64,000 bases of DNA from Armatimonadetes bacterium UBA5352 (lineage in GTDB: Bacteria > Armatimonadota > Zipacnadia > Zipacnadales > UBA5352). Of this stretch, positions 19,040 to 27,516 are shown one piece after another (position 1 is the first letter of the stretch; each line of letters opens with the position of its first letter). Below the pieces are notes generated by a model. The model searched no databases, was not told the origin of the DNA, and saw nothing but the letters and a program-made list of their open reading frames with translations. The stretch covers positions 4,126 to 68,125 of the forward strand of contig DHPY01000074.1 of NCBI GenBank assembly GCA_002411015.1, given 5' to 3'. Position numbers and translations under genes: made by a program.

Positions 19040-20011
19040 TCAGGAAGGCACGGGAGTGCTCGCCAGCAGGCCCTGGATGACCTCCGTTCCGGTGATGCCG
19101 CTCACGCGCGCCTCGGAGCGCGGGATGACCCGGTGCGCGAGCGCCTGCACGGCGATCGCCTTGATGTCATCGGGGCCGACGAAGTCGCGGCCGGCGATGG
19201 TCGCCAGCGCCTGCGCGCAGCGGATCAGCGCGAGGCTGCCGCGCGGACCCGCGCCAAGGTAGAGCTGATCGGATGCGCGCGTGGCCTCGATCAGGTCGAG
19301 CACGTACTCGTAGATCGCCGGGGCCACATGGCAACGCGCGGCCGTCTGCTGGACCGCCGCCATCTCCGCCGCGGCAGCGACCGGCTCCAGCGTCTCCACC
19401 GGGTGGCCCTCAAGCTGCTCGCGCACGATCTGCATCTCCTCGCCGCGCAGGGGGTAGCCGATGCTGAAGCGCAGGAGGAAGCGATCAAGCTGCGACTCCG
19501 GTAGTGGATAGACGCCCTCGTACTCGATCGGGTTCTCGGTGGCGATGACCATGAAGGGGCGCGGGAGGTCGTGGGTGATGCCGTCCACAGTGACCTGCCG
19601 CTCCTCCATCGCCTCGAGCAGCGACGACTGTGTGCGGGGCGAGGCGCGGTTGATCTCGTCGGCCAGCACGATGTTCGCGAAGACGGGGCCATGGCGGAAG
19701 CTGAACTCGCTCACGCGCTGATCGAAGATCGAGACGCCGGTGACGTCGGTGGGGAGGAGGTCGGGGGTGAACTGGATGCGGCGGAACTCCCCGCCGATGG
19801 AGGCCGCCAGCGAGCGAGCGAGCATAGTCTTCCCGACGCCGGGAACGTCTTCAAGCAGCACATGGCCGCGGGCGACCATCGCGACGAGCGTGCGCTCGAT
19901 CGCCTCACGCTTCCCGATGATCACGCGCTCCACGTTATCCGCTATCCGGCTGCAGACTGAGGCCGCTTCTTCGACTGTGAGGATGCTCTCCGTCATTACC
20001 CCATCGTCCAT
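19040..20011 (-). CDS. MoxR-family AAA+ ATPase
   Basis: Contains GHVLLEDVPGVGKTMLARSLA (Walker A), FRRIQFTPDLLPTDVTG and VLADEINRASPRTQSSLLEAMEERQVT (Walker B / sensor). GGAGG lies upstream of the ATG at 20011. Confidence 0.92.
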   Translation of the reverse strand: MDDGVMTESILTVEEAASVCSRIADNVERVIIGKREAIERTLVAMVARGHVLLEDVPGVGKTMLARSLAASIGGEFRRIQFTPDLLPTDVTGVSIFDQRVSEFSFRHGPVFANIVLADEINRASPRTQSSLLEAMEERQVTVDGITHDLPRPFMVIATENPIEYEGVYPLPESQLDRFLLRFSIGYPLRGEEMQIVREQLEGHPVETLEPVAAAAEMAAVQQTAARCHVAPAIYEYVLDLIEATRASDQLYLGAGPRGSLALIRCAQALATIAGRDFVGPDDIKAIAVQALAHRVIPRSEARVSGITGTEVIQGLLASTPVPS

Positions 20012-20191
20012 TCCCGTGTTGCCTCCGTCTGGAGCGGCAAACGACGGGGGCCGGCACAGCGGCTCAGATCACCGTTCGCTCACGCTCACAGTGATCTGAC
20101 CGCGCGCGGACGCTGGCGCGTCCGCGAGCGGCGGCCCCTCCAACGGCATAGCTACCCGGCGACTCCATGCGGCTCCTCTGCCCGGCGAGAG

Positions 20192-21010
20192 CTACTTGGC
20201 CGCTGCGATGTACTCGCGCAGCACCTGCGCGTCGTGCGGGAGGATGACCTCGGGCTCGAAGCACTTGATCCACTCGCCCGAGAGCGAGCCCTGGTAGTCG
20301 ATCGTCGCGAGCAGCTTGATCGCCTCGTCGTGCGGGATGTCGCCCTCGCCCATCAGCGCGATCGGCCAGCCCTGGCCGAGGCCGCCCTCCTCCGGCCGGA
20401 CGCCATCGTGGATGTGGCAGTGCCGCACGTAGTCCTTCACGTTATTGAACGAGGTCTCCATGCTCTCGCCCCAGCGGTAGGGGTGCATGATGTCCCAGTT
20501 GATCGCGACCCCCGCGCTGTCGGCATTGCGCACAACCTCCAGCACATCAGCGGTGTGGCAGTAGGCATCGTGCGTCTCGAGGCAGAGGTAGACGCCGCGC
20601 TTCTTCGCGTACTCGCCGCACTCGTGCAGCGACTCGGCCACTATCTTCTTCGCCTCCGAGAACTCCATCCCCTCGGGCGTCATGCCGCCGAAGACGCGGA
20701 TGTTCTGCGCGCCGAGGTCCGCGCACAGGTCGCAATACTGCTTCGTGAGGTCGATGGTCTCACGGCGCTCGTGGTCGGTGGCGAGGGCGTAGCGGCGTGA
20801 GGTGGCGATGGTGGTCAGAGCGACGCCGCAGCTCTCGAACTGGTCGGCGATCTCCCTGCGCTGCTTCTTCGTGGTCTCCAGCTCAACGCCGTGCTTCTGA
20901 TTGGCCTCACAGCGCGGCTCGATCGCGTCGTAGCCGTAGCGGATGGCGGCGGTCAGATGCTCCTCCAGCGACCATTCCGGCGCGACAAAGGTCATGAAGC
21001 TGATCTTCAT
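20192..21010 (-). CDS. Sugar-phosphate isomerase/epimerase (xylose-isomerase-like TIM barrel)
   Basis: Start MKISFMTFVAPEW at 21010, 7 nt after the mpg stop. Contains ...YDAIEPR..., LCLETHD and HCHIHD, the AP_endonuc_2 pattern. Confidence 0.85.
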   Translation of the reverse strand: MKISFMTFVAPEWSLEEHLTAAIRYGYDAIEPRCEANQKHGVELETTKKQRREIADQFESCGVALTTIATSRRYALATDHERRETIDLTKQYCDLCADLGAQNIRVFGGMTPEGMEFSEAKKIVAESLHECGEYAKKRGVYLCLETHDAYCHTADVLEVVRNADSAGVAINWDIMHPYRWGESMETSFNNVKDYVRHCHIHDGVRPEEGGLGQGWPIALMGEGDIPHDEAIKLLATIDYQGSLSGEWIKCFEPEVILPHDAQVLREYIAAAK

Positions 21011-21017
21011 TGCGAAC

Positions 21018-21650
21018 TCACCTTTCCTCAATGATGACAGGTGCGTCAGGCCTCGGAGGCCGCGAGAGCCACGGGGAATCGGCGATCATGTAGCGCAGCG
21101 GCATCTTCTCGCCGCATCCCTCGCCGAGGCCGATGCGCGTCGTGATCGCGATGCTTTCGGGCGGCTCAGGGGCCGGTGCGACGAAGAAGCCCCCGCGCGT
21201 GACGTCGCCTCCGTTGTCGGCCAGCGTGAGCCCGAATGCCTGCGCGAGTTTCGCCGGACCGCTGCAGAGGTCCTTCAGCGCATGCCGGCCGCGCCGCCTG
21301 CGCATGGCCTCAATGCCCGCGAGCGGCTCGGCGGCACGCAGCAGGACCGCCTCCGGGACGCCCTCCGGCTGCGTGACGAGGTTCATGCACAGGTGCATCC
21401 CGTAGATCAGGTAGACGTAGAGCGAGCCGGGCGGCCCGAACATCACGGAATTGCGCTCGGTCCGGCCGCGCGCTGCGTGGCAGCCGGGATCATCCTGCGC
21501 GAGGTACGCCTCGGTCTCGACGATCCGGGCGATCAGCGTCTCGCCCTCGAGGTGGCGCACGAGCAGACAGCCCAGCAGCTCCCGCGCGACGGTGCGCGTT
21601 GGCTGGAGGTAGGCGCTCGCTGGAATCGGCCTCAGTTCAGGGATGCGCAT
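21018..21650 (-). CDS. mpg: DNA-3-methyladenine glycosylase (AAG/Mpg family)
   Basis: Contains VARELLGCLLV..., ARIVETEAYL..DDPGCHA..GRT.RN..MFGPPGSLYVYLIYGMHLCMN and GPAKLAQAFG. This is the full Mpg signature. Confidence 0.9.
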   Translation of the reverse strand: MRIPELRPIPASAYLQPTRTVARELLGCLLVRHLEGETLIARIVETEAYLAQDDPGCHAARGRTERNSVMFGPPGSLYVYLIYGMHLCMNLVTQPEGVPEAVLLRAAEPLAGIEAMRRRRGRHALKDLCSGPAKLAQAFGLTLADNGGDVTRGGFFVAPAPEPPESIAITTRIGLGEGCGEKMPLRYMIADSPWLSRPPRPDAPVIIEER

Positions 21651-21803
21651 ATTGTGCTCAATTCAAGGTTTGGCTTCAATGAGACGCGGGTAACCACTAG
21701 ATGCGACGCCATGAGCGAGCGCATCGAGAAGGAGCGCAGCGTTGGGCTGCGCAGTCCGTCGGCAACCTCTCCCTCCAGGTTTTGCGAGTGCTGACGGACA
21801 CAG

Positions 21804-21834
21804 GGCGGCGCCCACCACCGCGGTGGGCGCCGCC
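21804..21834. other. Perfect 13-bp GC-rich stem-loop in a divergent intergenic region
   Basis: The hairpin is ggcggcgcccacc-accgc-ggtgggcgccgcc. It lies between the divergently transcribed mpg (start 21650) and the enolase-superfamily gene (start 22126), so it terminates neither. Confidence 0.6.
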
Positions 21835-21898
21835 GATGTACAGGGACCTATCGGCGAGACAACCGCAGGCTGGAAGCCCGCGCCACGGGGGGCCTCCG

Positions 21899-21959
21899 TC
21901 GTTCGCCTTGTCGTTCGCCTTGTCGTTCGTAGTGACGGGCATCCTGCCCGTCCGTCGTT
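21899..21959 (+). repeat. 12-nt tandem repeat fused to a REP-like palindromic element
   Basis: tcgttcgccttg occurs twice (21899-21922) and runs into gtcgttcgtagtgacgggcatcctgcccgtccgtcgtt (21922-21959). The latter is near-identical to 11442-11479. Confidence 0.7.
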
Positions 21960-22125
21960 GCATCCCTGTGCTGGGACCCTGCGCCACGGGTCGCTGCCGC
22001 AGCATTCCCCGCTCTCTCTCGTTTCCCTGCCGAGCCATCCGCCGGCGGCACGCAGGACTTGCGCCGTCCCGCGGTGAAGCTTCCTCTGACGAGCCACCCA
22101 CGAGACCAGTCGGGGAGGGCACCCC

Positions 22126-23505
22126 ATGTCATCCATCAGACACTCCGACATCGCCGTCGAGGCGCTGGAGATCAATGTCGAGCAGAAGCAGGCGCGCACA
22201 CCGCTGAAGTTCGGCGGCGAGGTCGTGGAGAGCGTTCCCTTCTGCACGATCCGCGCGACCGTCCAGAACGGGCGCCATGACATCGCCGATGGCTGGGGTG
22301 GGATCTTCCTGATGGACCAGTGGGGCTGGCCCACGCCCGAGGTCCCGCGCGACGCCAAGCAGCGCGTCATGCAGCGGGTTCTCGATGAGTACATCCACCT
22401 CGTCACCTCGCATGTCGGCATGTTCCACCCGATCGACCTGTTCATGGAGCTCGAGGACGATCTCGTGCGCATCAACCGCCGCGTCTCGGCCGAGGAGGGC
22501 GTGGCGGTCGAGCAGCCGTTCCTGAGCGCCCTCGTCTGCGTCTCCGCGGTGGATGCCGCGCTGCATGATGCCTTCGGCAACGTGAACGGGATCGACACCT
22601 ACGAGGGCTACGGGTCGCTGTTCATGGATGACCTGAGCCGCTGGCTCGGGCCGGAGTTCGTGAACCTCTACGCGGGCGACTTCGTGCGCAGCGCCTACAA
22701 GCCTAAGGTGCCCATCTTCCACCTCGTGGGCGGGCTGGACAAGCTCACGCGCGATGGACTGGACGACAGCGACCCCGCCGACGGCCTGCCGAACTGCCTC
22801 GCGGACTGGATCGCGTATGAGGGCATGTACTGCCTGAAGGTTAAGCTGCGAGGGAACGATCTCGACTGGGACGTCGAGCGGATGATTGCGGTCCATGACG
22901 TGGGCCGCGAGGAGCTTGACCGTCTCGGGACGTCGCAGATGCACCTCACCGCGGACACCAACGAGATGTGTGAGAGCCCGCAGTACATCGTGGAGATGCT
23001 CCAGCGCGTGCGCGAGCGGTCCCCTGAGACCTTCGACCGCACGCTCTACATCGAGCAGCCAACCGGGCGGGACCTGGACGAGGACGCGCACGACATGCGC
23101 GCAATCGCGGCGCTGAAGCCCGTGATCGTCGACGAGAGCCTGACCACGATCGAGAGCCTCGACCGCGCGATGGAGCTTGGCTGGTCGGGGATTGCGCTGA
23201 AGACCTGCAAGGGCCAGTCATCCGATCTGCTCTTCGTTGCGAAGGCGACGCGGCTGGGGATCCCGTACGCGGTGCAGGACCTGACGAACCCGTCGATCGC
23301 GCTGATCCACTCGGTGGGCCTCGGCGCGCGGCTGAACACGATCATGGGTGTGGAGGCGAACTCGCGGCAGTTCTTCCCGAACGCCACCTCTGAGGGCGAG
23401 AAGCGGGTGCATGAGGGGATCTTCCGTGTCCATGGCGGTGAGGCGGACACGTCATCGCTGCGGGGGACCGGGCTGGGCTATCAGATGGATCGGGTGCTGG
23501 GCTAG
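22126..23505 (+). CDS. Enolase-superfamily enzyme (mandelate racemase/muconate-lactonizing-enzyme-like)
   Basis: GGGGAGGG RBS. Putative metal-ligand positions are LTADTNE, YIEQP and IVDES. A KxK-like CLKVKLRG is also present. Substrate unknown. Confidence 0.75.
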   Translation: MSSIRHSDIAVEALEINVEQKQARTPLKFGGEVVESVPFCTIRATVQNGRHDIADGWGGIFLMDQWGWPTPEVPRDAKQRVMQRVLDEYIHLVTSHVGMFHPIDLFMELEDDLVRINRRVSAEEGVAVEQPFLSALVCVSAVDAALHDAFGNVNGIDTYEGYGSLFMDDLSRWLGPEFVNLYAGDFVRSAYKPKVPIFHLVGGLDKLTRDGLDDSDPADGLPNCLADWIAYEGMYCLKVKLRGNDLDWDVERMIAVHDVGREELDRLGTSQMHLTADTNEMCESPQYIVEMLQRVRERSPETFDRTLYIEQPTGRDLDEDAHDMRAIAALKPVIVDESLTTIESLDRAMELGWSGIALKTCKGQSSDLLFVAKATRLGIPYAVQDLTNPSIALIHSVGLGARLNTIMGVEANSRQFFPNATSEGEKRVHEGIFRVHGGEADTSSLRGTGLGYQMDRVLG

Positions 23506-23508
23506 CGG

Positions 23509-24723
23509 CTATCCAGCGGCCCCGGCCTCCGCGGCGGGGACCTCGGGAGCGCCCTCTGTCGGGCGGTCGATGGTGCCCATCAGGCGCTCGAGTTGCTCCT
23601 TGTGCATAGCCTCAAGCAGGGCGACCCGCGCGGCCTGCGCCACCTCACCCTGGTCCACGCCAAGCGCCTGGGCATCCTCGGGGTAGACTACGAAGATGAT
23701 TGTGCCGTCGCCGACGAGCGTGGGGTTGCCGCCGCTCTGGCCAACGCCGACCTGGAAGCGCTGCAGGCCGGCCTGCATGACCTCAGTGAGCCGCCCCGCA
23801 GCCTCCTCCGCCCGCGCCAGCGGCGTCTCGTGAGCCGGGCCGGCATTGAGCATCCGCACGATCTCGATCCCGCGCAGGGTGACATGCGCGTAGCTCGAAC
23901 CGCCGCTGTGCACTTCCTCGGCGATCGGCCTCTCCCACTCCGTCGCGGCGCGCCGGTTGAGGTCAACGCCCGCGTGCAGGAGAAGCTCCTTGAGGGCCAC
24001 GACGCGGTCGGGGGAGTCCGGGTGCGTCTTCAGGAAGCCGAGCTCAAGCTGCGGCTTCCGGCGGTACTCCGCCGCAAGGCGCTCCATGAAGGTCACGAGG
24101 CCCACGGGGTTGTATGAGGTGCGCATGATGTACTCCATCGCGTGCGCATCGGCGGCGGTCTCCATCTTGATGGAGTAGCCTCCGAGGATGCCGCGGCGGA
24201 CGTACTCGCCCGCCACCATGATCGTGGAGACCATGTCGTTGTTGGCGCCGAGGAGGATGCCCGTGATGAGCGCGGCGATGTTCGTGGTGAACATCTCCTC
24301 GTTCTTCTCGGCCTGCCGGAGCGCGTCGTACGTGCAGTTGTGCGCGATCTCGTGCGCGAGGACGCCCGCGATCTCGTGGTCCGAGCCCGCCTCTTCGAGC
24401 AGGCCCTTCGTCACGTAGACGATGCCGCCGGGGAGGCTGAAGGCGTTGACGTCCTCGGTGTCGAGCAGCCGCACATCGTAGACCACGTTGGGGCGCGAAC
24501 TGGCCGCGGCGATCTCGTTGACCATCGCCACAAGGCGCGTGTGCGCCTCCTCGTCCTCGTACCGCTTGTACTCCTTCTCGACCTGGGCCGCGGCCTCGGC
24601 GCCGATCTTCTTCTCGAACTCCTCGCTGAACGGCGGCTTGCCGGCCGCGTACGCGCAGGCACCCGCCCCTGCGAACAGGGCGGCGAGGAGCGCGATCAAG
24701 ATGACGCCGCGTGTGAGTTTCAT
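23509..24723 (-). CDS. M48-family zinc metalloprotease, secreted
   Basis: Start trimmed to MKLTRGVILIALLAALFAGAGACAYA (signal peptide). HEXXH motif in GVLAHEIAHN, plus NAFSLPGG. Confidence 0.85.
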   Translation of the reverse strand: MKLTRGVILIALLAALFAGAGACAYAAGKPPFSEEFEKKIGAEAAAQVEKEYKRYEDEEAHTRLVAMVNEIAAASSRPNVVYDVRLLDTEDVNAFSLPGGIVYVTKGLLEEAGSDHEIAGVLAHEIAHNCTYDALRQAEKNEEMFTTNIAALITGILLGANNDMVSTIMVAGEYVRRGILGGYSIKMETAADAHAMEYIMRTSYNPVGLVTFMERLAAEYRRKPQLELGFLKTHPDSPDRVVALKELLLHAGVDLNRRAATEWERPIAEEVHSGGSSYAHVTLRGIEIVRMLNAGPAHETPLARAEEAAGRLTEVMQAGLQRFQVGVGQSGGNPTLVGDGTIIFVVYPEDAQALGVDQGEVAQAARVALLEAMHKEQLERLMGTIDRPTEGAPEVPAAEAGAAG

Positions 24724-24795
24724 CAGACTCTCAGACGTGCCTCGCAGGTGGACTGTTCCGAACCGGGACCTGGGATTTGCCGCCACCTGAGCAGC

Positions 24796-25404
24796 TTACT
24801 TCGGCTGCAGCGTGACATCGAGCCAGAGGCTCTCGCCGGCCGAGATGCTCTGCCCGGTGAACTTCCTCGCGCTGTGCCCCGGCGCGGTGGCCAGTACACT
24901 ATAGCTCCCCGGCGCGAACCATTCAAGGTCGTAGACGCCGCTCGCGTTCTCAGGTTGCGTAACACCAACAGACGCGCTACCCTTCAGGAGCACGAGCGTC
25001 GCGTTGGCGAGCGGCACTCCGGTCGTGCTGCGCACGAAGCCGACGATCCGCCCGAGGCGCTTGAAGTCCTCCTGCTTGTGCTGCAGAAGGTCGAAGCGCA
25101 CAGAGGTGGCTCCGCTCATCGTCACCGCGCGCGCCTGCGTCACATGAAGGTCTTTCGCCGCCAGCACGGTGACGCGGCCGTCGGCAACGTTAGCGCTCCA
25201 GGCGCCCTGGGCACTCGTGCGTCCGGAGGCCAGGACCGTCTCTCCGGAGACAACGGCGACCACCGCCCCGGAGAGCGCCGCGCCGGAGTCCTTGCTGTAA
25301 ACGGACACGCTCACCGTGGCCGCCTGTCCGATGGTTGTGACAAGTGCAATAAGGCCCGCTGTCAGTATTGCCCTGTGCCCGCGGTTCCCGAACATCTCCA
25401 TCAC
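24796..25404 (-). CDS. Secreted carboxypeptidase-regulatory-like domain protein
   Basis: Signal/TM segment AILTAGLIALVTTIGQAA. Two beta-sandwich-like repeats (VSVYSKDSGAALSGAVVAVVSG... and GFVRSTTGVPLANATLVLLKG...GVYDLEWFAPGSYSVLATAPGH). Confidence 0.65.
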   Translation of the reverse strand: MMEMFGNRGHRAILTAGLIALVTTIGQAATVSVSVYSKDSGAALSGAVVAVVSGETVLASGRTSAQGAWSANVADGRVTVLAAKDLHVTQARAVTMSGATSVRFDLLQHKQEDFKRLGRIVGFVRSTTGVPLANATLVLLKGSASVGVTQPENASGVYDLEWFAPGSYSVLATAPGHSARKFTGQSISAGESLWLDVTLQPK

Positions 25405-25451
25405 TCTCTTCAGGCGCGAGCGCCGCGCCTGCCGATGCTGCTAACGATACT

Positions 25452-26267
25452 CTACGCGCCTACCGGCATGATCCGCTGCGGGTCCGGCTGGAGCTTGACC
25501 GTCTCACCCGGTCCCATCGTGCGTGTGGTCCCTCGCTGGCTCAGCTCGACCTCGCCCTCAAGCACGGTCAACCGCGATGAGGTCCCGTCGTTGTTCGAGT
25601 AGACTGTGAAGACCGCATCAGTCGCCGAGAACTCGCCCCAGGGAGTGACCACGCTGAAGACGCCCTCCGCCCCGGTCAGATCGGCGCGCAGGTCGCCCTT
25701 ATAGAGGTCCAGCGAGTCTCGCCCGATGCGCACGACCGCCTCGTCATTGAGCTCAACCTGCGCGCCGTTGGCGAACTCGAGCGTGATCGGGTCCTCGCCG
25801 AGGCCCCAGGCGACCGCGCTCTCCTGCAAGGCGGTACCGGTTCGGCCGGGCTGGGCGGTCTTCTCGTTCGGTTCGAAGACATGCACCGCGTCGCCGCCCG
25901 CGATCACGATCGCCGGGGCGGCGGGGGTGGCCGCCGGCTCCTGCCGCCCGTGGATGGCGCTCACCAGCGCCACGGACACCAGCAGCAATACTGCCGCCGC
26001 GGGCAGCCAGGTGGTCCAGACGGATCTCCGGCCGCGCGCCTGTGCGACGGCCAGGCGCACTCTCGCGGTGGACGGCTCCGGCAGCGGGATCGCGGCGAAT
26101 GCCTCACGCAAAGCCGTGTCTACGCCTGCAAGCCGGCCGCTCAGCGCGCGGCACTTCCCGCAGTCGCCGAGATGCTCGTCGAGCAGGCGTGCGTCATCTT
26201 CTCCGAGCTCGCCATCGAGCCGGAGATGGATCAGGCGCTTCGCTTCTTCGCAATCAAGCCTGGACAT
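25452..26267 (-). CDS. Anti-sigma factor (zf-HC2 N-terminus, single TM, FecR-like C-terminal domain)
   Basis: Contains CEEAKRLIHLRLDGEL...HLGDCGKCR (HxxxCxxC) and the TM segment WLPAAAVLLLVSVALV. Overlaps the sigma gene by 14 nt. Confidence 0.8.
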   Translation of the reverse strand: MSRLDCEEAKRLIHLRLDGELGEDDARLLDEHLGDCGKCRALSGRLAGVDTALREAFAAIPLPEPSTARVRLAVAQARGRRSVWTTWLPAAAVLLLVSVALVSAIHGRQEPAATPAAPAIVIAGGDAVHVFEPNEKTAQPGRTGTALQESAVAWGLGEDPITLEFANGAQVELNDEAVVRIGRDSLDLYKGDLRADLTGAEGVFSVVTPWGEFSATDAVFTVYSNNDGTSSRLTVLEGEVELSQRGTTRTMGPGETVKLQPDPQRIMPVGA

Positions 26268-26856
26268 CGCTCACTTCACGTTCCGCCATCAGTATCTCAC
26301 GAAGTTGCTCTCTTCCGCGGTGCAGCCTCACTCGCGCCGCGCCCTGGCTGATCCCGAGGGCCTCGGCGACCTCGGCCACCGATGCGTCCTCCAGGTAGAA
26401 GAGCGCGAGCGGCAGCCGGTATGTGTCCTTGAGCTGTGACAGCGCGCGCACAGCCTCAATGGCCTGCTGTGATGGTCCCTCATCCTCGGGTGCGACGGGC
26501 TCATGGAAGCTGTCCTCAAGCGACAGCTCCCGGCTGTTCCTCCGCCCGCGCCTGCGCAGCGTCTGGAGGCAGACCTTCGCTGCAATGCCCCTCAACCACG
26601 GAGCGAAGGGACGCTCAGCGTCGTACCGGTTGAGAGAGCGATAGGATCGCACGAAGGTCTCCTGCGCCGCGTCCTCGGCGTCAGATCGGTCACAAAGCAT
26701 GGACCAGCAGAGCCGCTGGATCGAGGGCAGGTAGCGCTCGATCAGCAGGTCAAAGGCCTCGGAACTGCCTCCGCAGGCCAGGGCGACGAGGTGACGGTCT
26801 CCGAAAGCGGAGCCGTCCTCACTCGCTTCGCTCCGCGGAGTGTCGAAGCCGGACAT
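26254..26856 (-). CDS. ECF (sigma-70 group IV) RNA polymerase sigma factor
   Basis: Region 2 is DAEDAAQETFVRSYRSLNRYDAERPFAPWLRGIA. Region 4 is LPLALFYLEDASVAEVAEALGISQGAARVRLHRGREQL. Confidence 0.9.
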   Translation of the reverse strand: MSGFDTPRSEASEDGSAFGDRHLVALACGGSSEAFDLLIERYLPSIQRLCWSMLCDRSDAEDAAQETFVRSYRSLNRYDAERPFAPWLRGIAAKVCLQTLRRRGRRNSRELSLEDSFHEPVAPEDEGPSQQAIEAVRALSQLKDTYRLPLALFYLEDASVAEVAEALGISQGAARVRLHRGREQLREILMAEREVSDVQA

Positions 26857-26928
26857 TCAGCGACCTCCATGGTATAGCTTGGCTCTCTGGAAGCTCAATG
26901 TTACAGGACTGCCGGGCTACCGGGGCGA

Positions 26929-27351
26929 TCACACATCGAAAACAACCGTCACCGCCAGCCCCTCTTCGGTCTGCACAACCTCAAGACCATGGTAGGTGAC
27001 GGCTTTGATCTCCTGCACGAGTGCGTGGCGTCCTGTGTCGAATTGCGTGGCGCCCACCACGAGACGGACTCGGTCGGCCTCGACCTGCACCGCATCTATC
27101 GAGACCGGAATCGCGCCGCGGATGTTCAGCAGGGCAAGTACCTCGCGCAGCGAATCGACCAGCATCTCCTCCGCGTCAGGGCCCGAGGCCACGACCTCCC
27201 GCCGCTCAGCTGCGGCGGGATGCTCGTCGAGCATCAGGTCGAGCATCCCGCGCGCCGCCTGCTCGATGAGCCCGCGCAGATCGGGCGCCCAGACGCGCAG
27301 CGCGAGGTCGGCGGTGTGCTCGACCGTCTCGTAGCCGCCTGCGGGTTTCAT
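26929..27351 (-). CDS. Archease
   Basis: Start MKPAGGYETVEHTADLALRVWAPDL (GGAGG RBS), with ...IKAVTYHGLEV...VVFDV at the C-terminus. This is the archease signature. Confidence 0.85.
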   Translation of the reverse strand: MKPAGGYETVEHTADLALRVWAPDLRGLIEQAARGMLDLMLDEHPAAAERREVVASGPDAEEMLVDSLREVLALLNIRGAIPVSIDAVQVEADRVRLVVGATQFDTGRHALVQEIKAVTYHGLEVVQTEEGLAVTVVFDV

Positions 27352-27516
27352 GGCCACCTCCACGGGACGACTATTCCCCCGGAGCGCACGCCTGACCTGC
27401 ACCGCATCTCAGTGAGTCCGCGCGTTGACTTTCGGCCATGCATGCCCTATCCTGTGGGGTGGATAGAGCCACTTGCGGGGGAAGCGCACACACTTCTGCG
27501 AGCAGAGGATCCCACC

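Noticed and set aside
21663-22598. 311-aa minus-strand ORF and the overlapping ORFs 21701-22207 and 21742-22077
   Set aside because: They run through REP-like repeats and antisense into the enolase-superfamily gene. The composition is Ser/Arg/Thr/Cys-rich, with no RBS or motif.
26989-27441. Upstream extension of the CapA-like ORF (563-aa version)
   Set aside because: It is antisense to the archease gene. The lipoprotein signal peptide and RBS support a start at 27517 (or 27442).
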